NCBI GenBank assembly: GCA_965261825.1
Contig: OZ253484.1
Coordinates: 532,695 to 596,694 of the forward strand
Reading direction: 5' to 3'
DNA from: Dehalococcoidia bacterium
GTDB lineage: Bacteria; Chloroflexota; Dehalococcoidia; Lucifugimonadales; QGNO01
Length of the DNA: 64,000 bases
Below are positions 8,283-19,366 of this stretch, in pieces (the stretch's first letter is position 1; every line of letters begins with the position of its first letter). The position numbers and the translations under genes are program-made. The notes under the pieces were generated by a model that did no database searches, was not told where the DNA came from, and was given only the letters and a program-made list of their open reading frames with translations.

Positions 8283-9224
8283 ATGGATACTAAGAACCTG
8301 ATAAGAGCCCTTGGCCTAGCCCTTGTAGCCCTCTTTGTTTTTGGATTCATAATAGGAGCCATAGGAACCGCCTTGTTTGGAGGAGAGGACGGAGAACCGT
8401 TCCTTCCCACCCCTGAAGTCCACCTTCCTCCGCAACCCGTATTGGAAGCGGACGCCCATGAAGCGGAGGAGCTTCACCAGTTGCCCAACCGATTCATACT
8501 GACCAACACCATCCTTTCCTCTTTGATAGCAAGCGCCGTGCTGATACTCCTCTTCTACTTTGGAACGCGTAACATAAGCGCGGACAAACCTCCCAGGGGG
8601 CTGCAGAACTTTGTGGAATCCATAATCAGCAGAATGTACGGTTTTGTGGAGAGCGTGGCCGGCCCCCGGTACGCCAGGGCGTTCTTTCCCCTGTTTGCCA
8701 CCATTTTCTTGTTTGTGATAATAAACGCCTGGCTGGGCCTGCTACCGGTCTATCAAAGCTTTGGCTTTGTCGAAGACGGTCACCTGACGCGGCACGCGCT
8801 GCGCCCCGCCGGTACCGATCTGAACATGCCGCTTGCTCTTGCGTTGATCTCCTTTGTGTTTGTAGAGTTCTGGGGGATCAGAGCCCTGGGGCTGTCCTAT
8901 TTCGGGAAGTTCTTCCGGTTTGGGGCCTTGCTCAGAGGCCGTATATTTGAAGGAGTCATAGACGTATTCGTCGGCTTGCTGGAGGCGTTGAGCGAATTCA
9001 TACGCATTGTGAGCTTTACGTTCAGGTTGTTTGGGAATATGACCGCCGGTGAGATATTGCTGCTGGTTACGGCCTTCCTAATACCGTTTGCGTTCTCGCT
9101 GCCTTTCTATGGATTGGAGTTGCTGGTTGGGTTCATCCAGGCGTTGATATTCGCCGGTCTCACGTTGGTATTCGTAACCACGGCGGTTACGCCTCATGAA
9201 CATGGAGCGGAGGAAGGCCACTAG
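8283..9224 (+). CDS. atpB: F0F1 ATP synthase subunit a
   Basis: PRGLQNFVE, NAWLGLLP, SFTFRLFGNMTAGE (essential Arg), LELLVGFIQALIF. Confidence 0.96.
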   Translation: MDTKNLIRALGLALVALFVFGFIIGAIGTALFGGEDGEPFLPTPEVHLPPQPVLEADAHEAEELHQLPNRFILTNTILSSLIASAVLILLFYFGTRNISADKPPRGLQNFVESIISRMYGFVESVAGPRYARAFFPLFATIFLFVIINAWLGLLPVYQSFGFVEDGHLTRHALRPAGTDLNMPLALALISFVFVEFWGIRALGLSYFGKFFRFGALLRGRIFEGVIDVFVGLLEALSEFIRIVSFTFRLFGNMTAGEILLLVTAFLIPFAFSLPFYGLELLVGFIQALIFAGLTLVFVTTAVTPHEHGAEEGH

Positions 9225-9245
9225 CCTTCCAGCCTGAGGAGCTGA

Positions 9246-9614
<369 letters not shown>

Positions 9615-9655
9615 ACTTGTAAGGTCGGCAGACCTAGCACAAACGGGAGAGGGGT

Positions 9656-10162
9656 ATGGCAGAACTAGGCTTCCATATACCCAGCTTGGTGGTTTACTTG
9701 GTCAATTTTACCATCCTGCTGGTCATATTGTACTTGGTGGGTTACAAGCGCATCTTGCGTGTTCTTGATGAACGCTCAAAACGCATCAAAGAGAGCATGG
9801 AGCAGGCCCAGCATCTGCAGGAGGAGTCTGCTCAGCGCCAGAAAGAGATGGAGGAGCAGATCAGAGAGGCGCGCCGTGAGGGTCAAGGCTTGATTGAACA
9901 GGCCAGGCAGTCGGCTCAGAGGTTCCGTGATGAAGAGCGAGGGAAGACGCGTCTGGAAGCGGATGCTTTTCTTTCCAATGCCCGCTCCGAAATACAAAGA
10001 GAGCGTGATGCAGCGATAGAGGAGGTGCGGCACCAGTTCGCCGACCTGGCAATACTGGCTGCTGAACGCGTGGTGCGCCGCTCGCTGGACAAAGAGGCTC
10101 ACAAAGAGCTCATAGAGCAGACTTTGTCGGAAAGCGATCTGTTCCAGAGGAACGAAGGCTGA
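9656..10162 (+). CDS. atpF: F0F1 ATP synthase subunit b
   Basis: N-terminal TM (VNFTILLVIL), LDERSKRI coiled coil, operon position. Confidence 0.95.
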   Translation: MAELGFHIPSLVVYLVNFTILLVILYLVGYKRILRVLDERSKRIKESMEQAQHLQEESAQRQKEMEEQIREARREGQGLIEQARQSAQRFRDEERGKTRLEADAFLSNARSEIQRERDAAIEEVRHQFADLAILAAERVVRRSLDKEAHKELIEQTLSESDLFQRNEG

Positions 10163-10701
10163 TGGCTCGAAGGCCCGTAGCCAAGCGCTACGCCCAAGCG
10201 GCATTTGCTATTGCACAGGAGCAAGGCCGCTTGGAAGAGTGGCTTGCCGAATTGCAAACAGCGGTCTACGCCCTAAGCGATGGCGAGACGATGGCCTTCC
10301 TTCAACTGCCCAAAGTGAGCTTGGACCGCAAGCTTCAACTGCTGCGAGACGTTCTCAAGGACCTGAGCCCAGCGGTCCTCAACTTGTTGGGTCTGCTCAC
10401 TTCAAAGGGCGGCCTGCCGGTGCTGCCCGGTGTGCTCAGTGAATATCAACGGCTGCTGGACGAGAGCCAGGGCAGAGAGCGCGCTAAGGTTACGGCTGCC
10501 CTTGATTTGGATGAGGCGCAGAGGGAGAAGCTTGGCCAGCTGTTGAGCACGCTGTTGGACAAGGAAGTGGTACTCACCACCAGGACGGATGAAGAAGTCC
10601 TTGGGGGAGTGCTTGTTAGAATTGGAGATAGGATCATCGACGGGAGCGCACGCGGAAGACTGCGATCGTTGCGGCAAAGCGTGCTGGCTACCCCAAGTTA
10701 G
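10162..10701 (+). CDS. atpH: F0F1 ATP synthase subunit delta
   Basis: VAKRYAQAAF, LGGVLVRIGDRIIDGS. Confidence 0.95.
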   Translation: MARRPVAKRYAQAAFAIAQEQGRLEEWLAELQTAVYALSDGETMAFLQLPKVSLDRKLQLLRDVLKDLSPAVLNLLGLLTSKGGLPVLPGVLSEYQRLLDESQGRERAKVTAALDLDEAQREKLGQLLSTLLDKEVVLTTRTDEEVLGGVLVRIGDRIIDGSARGRLRSLRQSVLATPS

Positions 10702-10719
10702 AACGGGAGAGATGGAGCT

Positions 10720-12234
10720 ATGACCACACGAGGCCAGGACCTGGCTGCTGTAATAAAGCGTCAAATTGAAGAGTTTGGCGGCGATTTGACCATGGTGGAC
10801 GTAGGCACAGTCACCGAGGTGGGCGACGGCATAGCCAGGATTCACGGCCTTGGAGGAGTGCAGTACACGGAGCTGCTGGCTTTTCCAGGAGACGTCATTG
10901 GCATGGCCATGAACCTGGAAGAGGATGCCGTGGGCGCCGCGATCATGGGTGACGACTCCGGAATAAAAGAGGGTGATGAGGTGCGCTCCACGGGCCGCGT
11001 TGCCGAGGTCCCGGTAGGAAACGATCTCATTGGCCGTACAGTCGACGCATTGGGCAGGCCTATAGACGGCAAAGGCCCTCTGAGAACGGAGAACACGCGT
11101 CCCATAGAGCGCGTTGCCCCCAACGTGGTGACTCGCCAGGCAGTGAACGTGCCGGTGCAAACGGGCATCAAAGCCATCGACAGCATGATCCCAATAGGCC
11201 GGGGCCAGAGAGAGTTGATCATTGGAGACCGCTCAACGGGTAAGAGCGCCATAGCCCTTGATGCCATCATCAACCAGAAGGGCGGCGATTTGATCTGCAT
11301 CTACGTGGCAATAGGGCAACGAGTGGGTAAAGTAGCCCAGACCGTCGCTATCTTGGAGCAGAACGGGGCCATGGAGCACACCGTAGTTGTGGCCGCCAAC
11401 GCCTCTGACCCGGCGCCTCTACAGTACCTTGCTCCGTATGCAGGCTGCGCCATAGGCGAAGAGTTCATGGAGCAGGGCAGGGACGCGCTGATCATCTACG
11501 ACGATTTGTCCAAACATGCATGGGCATACCGCCAGCTTTCGTTGCTGCTGCGCAGGCCTCCCGGACGGGAAGCCTATCCCGGAGACGTTTTCTATCTGCA
11601 CAGCAGGCTCTTGGAAAGGGCGGCGCGGCTATCCAATGAGCACGGGGGCGGTTCACTCACCGCTTTGCCCATCATAGAAACCCAGGCCGGGGATGTATCG
11701 GCTTACATCCCAACCAACGTCATCTCTATCACCGACGGCCAGATCTACCTGGAGGCGGACCTGTTCAATGCCGGTATAAGACCCGCGGTAAACGCCGGAC
11801 TTTCCGTGTCCCGCGTAGGCGGGTCGGCGCAGAGGCGCGCCATGAGGAGCGTGGCGGGCAGATTGCGTCTGGATTTGGCGCAGTACAGGGAACTGGTGAC
11901 GTTTGCCCAGTTTGGCACCTCCGACCTGGATCGGGCCACGCGAGAGCAGTTGGAGCGCGGCCAGCGCATCACGGAGGTGTTGAAACAGTCGCAGTACCAG
12001 CCCTTGTCACTGGAAATGCAGGTTTCCATCATGTTTGCCGTTACCAACGGCTACCTGGATGACGTTCCCGTTTCCAGGGTGCGTGAGTGGGAAAGCGGCT
12101 TCCACCAGTACCTGGCCGCCAATCAGCCCCAGATATTGGAAAGCATTGCCACCACGTACGAAATAAACGAGGACAATCAGAAAGCGCTTAGGGACGCTAT
12201 AGAGGCGTACAAGCAGACCGTCACCTTGGAGTAG
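10720..12234 (+). CDS. atpA: F0F1 ATP synthase subunit alpha
   Basis: [41 protein letters not shown]. Confidence 0.98.
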   Translation: MTTRGQDLAAVIKRQIEEFGGDLTMVDVGTVTEVGDGIARIHGLGGVQYTELLAFPGDVIGMAMNLEEDAVGAAIMGDDSGIKEGDEVRSTGRVAEVPVGNDLIGRTVDALGRPIDGKGPLRTENTRPIERVAPNVVTRQAVNVPVQTGIKAIDSMIPIGRGQRELIIGDRSTGKSAIALDAIINQKGGDLICIYVAIGQRVGKVAQTVAILEQNGAMEHTVVVAANASDPAPLQYLAPYAGCAIGEEFMEQGRDALIIYDDLSKHAWAYRQLSLLLRRPPGREAYPGDVFYLHSRLLERAARLSNEHGGGSLTALPIIETQAGDVSAYIPTNVISITDGQIYLEADLFNAGIRPAVNAGLSVSRVGGSAQRRAMRSVAGRLRLDLAQYRELVTFAQFGTSDLDRATREQLERGQRITEVLKQSQYQPLSLEMQVSIMFAVTNGYLDDVPVSRVREWESGFHQYLAANQPQILESIATTYEINEDNQKALRDAIEAYKQTVTLE

Positions 12235-12241
12235 AGGACAA

Positions 12242-12469
12242 ATGGGATTAGCAGAACAGGCTCTAAGGCACTTCAAGAACAAGCCTATAGTGATTGTTAC
12301 CACTGTAGAGAGTGAGGGTTCCTTGCAGGAAGTGGCCGGCGTCCTGGAAGACGGCGCCGACGATTATCTATTGGTGCGTGACCAGGACAACGGCATGCCT
12401 ACAGTTGTCAACGTCTCCCGCGTAGCGTGGATATATGAAGAGACCCAAGAGGAAGAGGAAGCAGAGTAG
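12242..12469 (+). CDS. 75-aa hypothetical protein, predicted Sm/LSm(Hfq)-like fold with acidic tail
   Basis: AGAGGA RBS, packed between atpA and atpG; helix-5 strand pattern LRHFKNKPIVIVT..EVAGVLED..DYLLVRD..PTVVNVSRVAWIYE; fold is inference. Confidence 0.75.
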   Translation: MGLAEQALRHFKNKPIVIVTTVESEGSLQEVAGVLEDGADDYLLVRDQDNGMPTVVNVSRVAWIYEETQEEEEAE

Positions 12470-12474
12470 TAGAG

Positions 12475-13344
12475 ATGGCAGTAGTCTCTAACGTAAGGAC
12501 AATAAGACGCCGCATCAGAAGCGTGCAGAACACGGCCAAGATCACCAAGGCCATGCAGATGATTGCGGCATCCAAGATGAGGCGTGCTCAGCAGCTTTCC
12601 ATTGCAGGCAGACCGTATTCCGAAAAGATGCGGACTGTGCTGGCGGACCTTGCCTCGCAGGCCGGAGAGGACGAACAGAGCCATCCACTGCTGCAAAAGC
12701 GTGACGTGCAGCGCATTCAGATAGTGCATATAACTCCCGATAGAGGGCTCTGTGGAGGCTTGCCCTCCAACTTGAACCGGGCTGCAGGTCTGTTCATCTT
12801 GCAGAAGGAGTTGCCCGTAAGCATACTCAGCGTGGGTAGAAAGGGACGCGATTTCATGGCGAGAACGGGGCGCGACTTGCGCGCCGTATTCACCGATCTA
12901 GGAGACCGCCCCACTCTGGAAGACACGCTGCCCATAGCCCGCCTGGCCATAGAGGACTACGTCAGCGGCCTTGCCGACGAGGTATACCTTGCATACAGCG
13001 TATTCGTCAGCACCGCTACACAGCGCCCTACAATGCAGAGGCTGCTTCCAGTGGAACCGGCGGAGTTGGAGCCCGGGCAGGCGGTGGGCTACATCTACGA
13101 ACCGCACAGCCTGCAGGTCTTAGGAGAGCTTCTTCCCAGGTTTGTGGAGATGCAGATATATCACGCGATGTTGGAGTCGGTGGCCAGCGAGCATTCGGCG
13201 CGTATGGTGGCGATGCAGAACGCCACCGACGCCGCCAACGATATGGTAGATGGCCTTACACTGCTGCTCAACAAGGTGCGTCAGGAATCCATAACCAAGG
13301 AGCTCCTGGACATTGTGGGCGGCGTTGCCGCGCTGGAAGCGTAG
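12475..13344 (+). CDS. atpG: F0F1 ATP synthase subunit gamma
   Basis: KITKAMQMIAASK, DRGLCGG, SEHSARMVAMQNATD, RQESITKEL. Confidence 0.98.
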   Translation: MAVVSNVRTIRRRIRSVQNTAKITKAMQMIAASKMRRAQQLSIAGRPYSEKMRTVLADLASQAGEDEQSHPLLQKRDVQRIQIVHITPDRGLCGGLPSNLNRAAGLFILQKELPVSILSVGRKGRDFMARTGRDLRAVFTDLGDRPTLEDTLPIARLAIEDYVSGLADEVYLAYSVFVSTATQRPTMQRLLPVEPAELEPGQAVGYIYEPHSLQVLGELLPRFVEMQIYHAMLESVASEHSARMVAMQNATDAANDMVDGLTLLLNKVRQESITKELLDIVGGVAALEA

Positions 13345-13371
13345 AGCGGTTACTTTTACAAAACGGAGTGA

Positions 13372-14787
<1,416 letters not shown>

Positions 14788-14792
14788 CGGAC

Positions 14793-15203
14793 ATGGCGCC
14801 AATGCTGCTAGAGATAGTGACGGCGGAGCGCCTGGTCTACTCCGACGAGGTCGATATAGTTGTCGCTCCAGGCATGGAGGGGGAGCTGGGCATCCTGCCG
14901 CACCATGCGCCGTTGTTGACAATCCTCCAACCTGGAGAGTTGCGAATTCACAGGACGGGACAGGAAGACGTGTACATGGCGGTCACCGGCGGCTTTCTAG
15001 AAGTGACGGGCAACCGGGTTATCGTGCTGGCCGATGCCGCGGAGCGTTCCGAAGAGATTGACGAGGCGCGGGCGCAGGAAGCGTTGCGCAAAGCCGAGGA
15101 GAGGGTGGAGAGAAGGGAAGAGGGCGCGGACCTCCAGCGGGCGCTGGCTTCGATCAGGCGATCAAGGTTGAGGCTGGACGTAAAACGTCGTCGCCGCCGT
15201 TAA
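14793..15203 (+). CDS. atpC: F0F1 ATP synthase subunit epsilon
   Basis: EIVTAER, GELGILPHHAPL, VTGGFLEV. Confidence 0.96.
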   Translation: MAPMLLEIVTAERLVYSDEVDIVVAPGMEGELGILPHHAPLLTILQPGELRIHRTGQEDVYMAVTGGFLEVTGNRVIVLADAAERSEEIDEARAQEALRKAEERVERREEGADLQRALASIRRSRLRLDVKRRRRR

Positions 15204-15215
15204 CTGCCCTCTTGA

Positions 15216-15869
15216 TCAGACGTTTGCCACGTAATACGTCATCGACTGTAGTGCAAGCACCGGGTCTATGTTGCGCGCCTTGACCTCAGGCGGGACCTGG
15301 ATTCCCACCGGTGCGTAGTTCACTATAGCTTTAACTCCGCACTTCACCAGTTCGTCTACTACAGACTGAGCGTCATCGGCTGGTACGGCCGTGATGCAGA
15401 TTTGAATGCCTTCAGCACTGATCACTTCGGCCAGCCTGTGCATGGGCTGGACCATTATGCCGCCCACCATCTGTCCAATCTGGCGTGAGTCGGCATCAAA
15501 TGCGGCAACAATGTTGAACCCCTCTGGCGCAAAGCCTGGATAGCTTAGAATAGCGCGCCCCAAGCGGCCTATGCCGACCAGGCCTACCTTCCACTCAATA
15601 TCCAAGCCCAGGATGCTTCGCAGCTCTGCAATTAGATTGGAGATGTTATATCCGCGGCCCTGCTTGCCAAACCTACCAAAGTAGCTGAGGTCCTTGCGGA
15701 TCTGGGCGGGGGTCATTTGTATTAGCTCGCCCAGCTGCTGGGAGCTGGCTACCTTGATCCCCTGGTTGCTCAGGCGCGCCAGTATCCGCAAGTACTGCGG
15801 CAGGCGCATTATCACCACCTCAGGGACTTCTGCGGATGAGCTTCCCATAGTAGCTGCGTTGGTGGTCAT
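15216..15869 (-). CDS. rex: Redox-sensing transcriptional repressor Rex
   Basis: RLPQYLR, AQIRKDLSYFGRFGKQGRGY, LVGIGRLGRA; start codon uncertain (15869 or 15848). Confidence 0.95.
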   Translation of the reverse strand: MTTNAATMGSSSAEVPEVVIMRLPQYLRILARLSNQGIKVASSQQLGELIQMTPAQIRKDLSYFGRFGKQGRGYNISNLIAELRSILGLDIEWKVGLVGIGRLGRAILSYPGFAPEGFNIVAAFDADSRQIGQMVGGIMVQPMHRLAEVISAEGIQICITAVPADDAQSVVDELVKCGVKAIVNYAPVGIQVPPEVKARNIDPVLALQSMTYYVANV

Positions 15870-15954
15870 GTTGAACCACCCTTGGCCAGGGACCTTTGAC
15901 AAAAACGCACTTATTCAACCAGCTTTTTCACGATTTCTGTCCTAAGGGAAGTTG

Positions 15955-15983
15955 ATTGTAGTAGCTTTCACAAACACCGTCAA
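15955..15983 (-). promoter_or_regulatory. rex promoter with embedded Rex operator (autoregulation)
   Basis: Minus strand TTGACG-17 nt-TACAAT; TTGTGAA-AGCT-ACTACAA (15956-15973) spans the spacer and -10. Confidence 0.8.
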
Positions 15984-16042
15984 GAAAGTGTGCGTGTTCT
16001 TCCCTTCTATGCCAACTTTCCTTCCTGTCTCCCATCCGCCGA

Positions 16043-16140
16043 GTTCCCTGCCACCTACTGAATGCTCTGTTCCACGCAAATGTGGGGGCGTTCCGCCATC
16101 AACAGCCAAACGCACGTCGTTGGGTTCCCGTGCAGGGAAT
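16043..16140 (+). ncRNA. Candidate ~100-nt rod-like structured RNA (unassigned)
   Basis: Nested stems TTCCCTGC/GCAGGGAA, ACCTACTGA/TCGTTGGGT, CTGTT/AACAG with two apical hairpins. Confidence 0.4.
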
Positions 16141-16167
16141 GCTGTTATACTGGCCTTACCTTCTGAA

Positions 16168-16461
16168 ATGAACGTAGGCACCTGCAAAATACGGCTCCGT
16201 CTGCCTGGAAATGGAACCCTCAAGGGCAAGCGCCAGGCGGCCCGCTCCATCACCAGCCGGATAAGGAATAAATTCAACGTTTCCATTGCTGAGGTGGACG
16301 AGAACGATGCTCACCGGATGCTCGTTTTGGGGGTCTCCTGTGTGAGCAACGACTCGCGCCATGCCAACCAGGTACTGTCGAACGTGGTGGAGTATGTACA
16401 GGATATCCATGGCGATGCCGAGCTCTTGGACTATGAAGTGGACATAATCTCTGGTGTTTAG
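16168..16461 (+). CDS. DUF503 family protein
   Basis: LKGKRQ, RIRNKFNVSIAEV, LGVSCVSND. Confidence 0.92.
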   Translation: MNVGTCKIRLRLPGNGTLKGKRQAARSITSRIRNKFNVSIAEVDENDAHRMLVLGVSCVSNDSRHANQVLSNVVEYVQDIHGDAELLDYEVDIISGV

Positions 16462-16464
16462 CTG

Positions 16465-18744
16465 ATGGACGTACCCGGCTTCCTGGAGGCCGTCAAACGA
16501 GCTTCCGACTACAACGACCAGATTGTCCACGAGGAAGTGGTGCCGGCCAGGACTGCTCGGTACGGATCGCTCTCCCCGCGGCTTGACCCTAGATTGGAGG
16601 CGGCTCTTGCCAGGAGCGGCGTGCCTCAGCTTTATTTGCATCAATCGGAGTCAGTGCAGGCTGCCCGGGCCGGGGAGAACCTGATAGTCGCCACCGGTGC
16701 GGCCAGCGGCAAGAGCCTGTGCTACCAGGTCCCGCTTCTGGAGGCTGCCCTTCGGAAGAAAGCGAGCCGCTCTCTGCTAGTGTTTCCCACCAAGGCGCTG
16801 GCCCAAAACCAGCTCAGGTCGCTCAACGGCCTGTGCAGCGATCTGATTCCGTTCAAGGCGGAGATATTCGATGGGGATACCCCCGGTGACGTCAGGTCTG
16901 GGATCAAGAGGACGGCGCAAGTTGTGATCACCAACCCGGATATGCTGCACCTGGGCATCCTGCCCAATCATGGCACCTGGCAGCGCTTCTTTAGAAACCT
17001 GGACTACGTAGTTCTTGATGAGGCGCACGCCTATGCGGGCGTATTCGGCTCACACATGGCAAACGTGATTCGTAGGCTGAGGCGCTTGGCCGGTTACTAC
17101 GGGAGCAATCCCAGCTTCATCCTGTGTTCCGCTACCATCGCCAATCCCAGAGAGCTGGCCGGAGACTTGCTCGGCGCACCCGTCAAGGTGATTGACCAAG
17201 ATCACTCGCCCCAAGGAGGAAAGCACTTTCTGTTCTGGAACCCGCCTTTCCTAGATGAGTCCAGGGCAAAGCGCAGAAGCGCTATTGCGGAAGCGGCCGT
17301 GGTCTTCAGAGAGCTGCTTCTGCGCGGCGTACGCACCCTGACCTTTACCAGGACCCGCCGCCAGGTGGAGCTGATCTACGTCTCGGTCAGGGACTACTTG
17401 GCCGAGCACGTTCCAAGCCTGGCGTCCAAGGTCAGCCCCTACCGGGCAAGCTATCTTGCGGAAGATAGACGCGCCATTGAACAACGCCTGTTCAACGGCG
17501 AGCTGTTGGGCGTGGCGTCCACCAACGCCCTGGAGCTGGGCATCGACGTAGGGACCTTGGACGCGACCATTCTGGGAGGATATCCTGGAAGCGTCAGCAG
17601 CGCCTGGCAGCAGGCCGGCCGCAGCGGGCGGCGGCAGGAAGGGTCATTGAGCGTACTGGTCGCCCGCCACGACCCGCTCGACCAGTATCTAATGCGCCAT
17701 CCCGATTTCTTCTTTGGCAGATCGCACGAGCACGCACTGATTGCTCCCAACAACCCTCGCATACTGGACCAGCACCTGCTCTGCGCCTCTTACGAGAGGC
17801 CGCTTGGCAGAAGAGACGAAAGATTCTTTGGCCTGGACTTGCAAAGCCGCCTGGCCGCGCTCCAGGCTGAAGGCCTGCTGCACAGGGAGGGCGAACGGTG
17901 GTTCCCCAGCGCCGGCGTGGTCTATCCGGCGGAAGAAGTCAACATCAGATCAAGCTCGCGTGGTTCCTATGCGGTGGTGAGCGGCGAGTCCGGGGCGCTT
18001 CTGGAAATGGTGGACGAAGGGAGTGCATTTTCCCAGCTCCATACGGGCGCCGTATACCTACACTACGGAGAGCAATACCTGGTCGAGCGGTTGGACCTAG
18101 ACTCGAATACGGCTTACGTCACTCCCCGGGAGGTGCAGTATTACACCCGGGCCCACGAACTGACCGATATTCAAATGCGGCACATCCTGGATCAGAGATC
18201 CGTAGGCGGCATAGACGTATACCTGGGCGAAGTGGAGGTGTCCAGCCAGGTGGTGAGCTACCAGAGGAGGGCTCAGTTCAGCGACGAGCCAATAGGAGAC
18301 GAGATACTGGACCTGCCGCCACAGCAGTTCTCCACCGTTGCCCTTTGGTTCAGTCCACGAGAGGAAGACCTGGCCAGGATCAAGGGCCAAAGGCTGGACC
18401 TACCGGGAGGGCTTCACGCCGCCGAGCACGCCGCCATTGGCGTACTGCCGTTGTTCGCCCTCTGCGACCGAAACGACATAGGCGGGGTGTCCACGCCGTT
18501 TCACCCGGACACGGGCAGGCCGCAAATCTTCATCTACGATGGCCACGCGGGAGGCGTTGGCATTGCGGAAAAGGGGTACCAGATTATAGAGGAACTTTGG
18601 CGGGCAACGCTGCAGGTGCTCCAGGAGTGTCCCTGCGAGGATGGCTGTCCCGCCTGCATACAGTCGCCCAAGTGCGGCAACAACAACCACCCGTTGGATA
18701 AAGGAGTGGCGGCCATGCTGCTGCGAGGCGCTTTGGGCTTGTGA
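16465..18744 (+). CDS. MrfA/YprA/Hrq1-type DEAH helicase with C-terminal DUF1998 (4-Cys)
   Basis: TGAASGKSL, PTKALAQ, LDEAH, TNALELGIDVG, QAGRSGR, CPCEDGCPACIQSPKCGN. Confidence 0.93.
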   Translation: MDVPGFLEAVKRASDYNDQIVHEEVVPARTARYGSLSPRLDPRLEAALARSGVPQLYLHQSESVQAARAGENLIVATGAASGKSLCYQVPLLEAALRKKASRSLLVFPTKALAQNQLRSLNGLCSDLIPFKAEIFDGDTPGDVRSGIKRTAQVVITNPDMLHLGILPNHGTWQRFFRNLDYVVLDEAHAYAGVFGSHMANVIRRLRRLAGYYGSNPSFILCSATIANPRELAGDLLGAPVKVIDQDHSPQGGKHFLFWNPPFLDESRAKRRSAIAEAAVVFRELLLRGVRTLTFTRTRRQVELIYVSVRDYLAEHVPSLASKVSPYRASYLAEDRRAIEQRLFNGELLGVASTNALELGIDVGTLDATILGGYPGSVSSAWQQAGRSGRRQEGSLSVLVARHDPLDQYLMRHPDFFFGRSHEHALIAPNNPRILDQHLLCASYERPLGRRDERFFGLDLQSRLAALQAEGLLHREGERWFPSAGVVYPAEEVNIRSSSRGSYAVVSGESGALLEMVDEGSAFSQLHTGAVYLHYGEQYLVERLDLDSNTAYVTPREVQYYTRAHELTDIQMRHILDQRSVGGIDVYLGEVEVSSQVVSYQRRAQFSDEPIGDEILDLPPQQFSTVALWFSPREEDLARIKGQRLDLPGGLHAAEHAAIGVLPLFALCDRNDIGGVSTPFHPDTGRPQIFIYDGHAGGVGIAEKGYQIIEELWRATLQVLQECPCEDGCPACIQSPKCGNNNHPLDKGVAAMLLRGALGL

Positions 18745-18788
18745 GTGCGGGGAACGGCGGTTGGGAGTGAAGCGTGCCTCAATGCTGC

Positions 18789-19076
18789 GCTGGCGGATGC
18801 TGCCTTTCATGGGCCGATATCCCTCTTCCATAAGTTCTTAAAATATTCATTCCACTCCTCATTCAATTTACCCATCTTCAGATCCAAATTCTCTGCCTGA
18901 AGTTTGGAAACCCGATTTTCGAGCTCTCCTATCCTTCGATGTGTGCTAGCCCACTGTGGGACCCATTTGGATATGCAGACAAGAAGACACGCGAGGGACA
19001 ATACTGCACTGATGATGGAAACGATGAGGTTGCTGATATCCAAGAATCACCTCCTGCTGGCGGATGAAGCCGTTCA
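18789..19076. repeat. 21-bp imperfect direct repeats bracketing the 78-aa ORF
   Basis: GCTGGCGGATGCTGCCTTTCA (18789-18809) vs GCTGGCGGATGAAGCCGTTCA (19056-19076), 18/21 identical. Confidence 0.65.
18807..19043 (-). CDS. Hypothetical 78-aa protein, N-terminal TM plus coiled coil
   Basis: TTG start with AGGAGGTG RBS; hydrophobic N-terminus then IGELENRVSKLQAENLDLK heptads; AT-richer than flanks. Confidence 0.7.
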   Translation of the reverse strand: MDISNLIVSIISAVLSLACLLVCISKWVPQWASTHRRIGELENRVSKLQAENLDLKMGKLNEEWNEYFKNLWKRDIGP

Positions 19077-19078
19077 CT

Positions 19079-19352
19079 TCAACTGAGGTCTATTGGCGTC
19101 GTTAGCTCTACTTTGTAAATGCCGTCTTCGGTTACGGAATCAACGCAGCGTACAATGGCCTTCAATAGATTAGGCGCGATGGTTAGACTAGCACGCCGTA
19201 AGTCGTTGAAGCCCAGTTCGTTGGTGGAGTCCTCAATGGCGCACGGAAACTCTCCCGGCATTCATGGAAACACTGATAGACTCAGCCTTTAGTTTCCCTC
19301 CATATTCCAGATGGGACGGATATCGTACATTAATGTGAATGTTATTGTTCAT
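19079..19352 (-). pseudogene. Hypothetical ~90-aa gene split by an apparent +1 frameshift near 19240
   Basis: RBS-preceded ATG at 19352 gives MNNNIHINVRYP...AGRVSVRH* (stop 19233); removing one base joins it to ...AIEDSTNELGF...TPIDLS*. Confidence 0.55.
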
Positions 19353-19366
19353 TGCTTCTCTCCCTT

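Noticed and set aside
15930-16030. Minus-strand AGGAAAGT and ACAGAA motifs reminiscent of RNase P RNA
   Set aside because: Only ~80 nt apart, P4 pairing absent, and the region is the rex promoter
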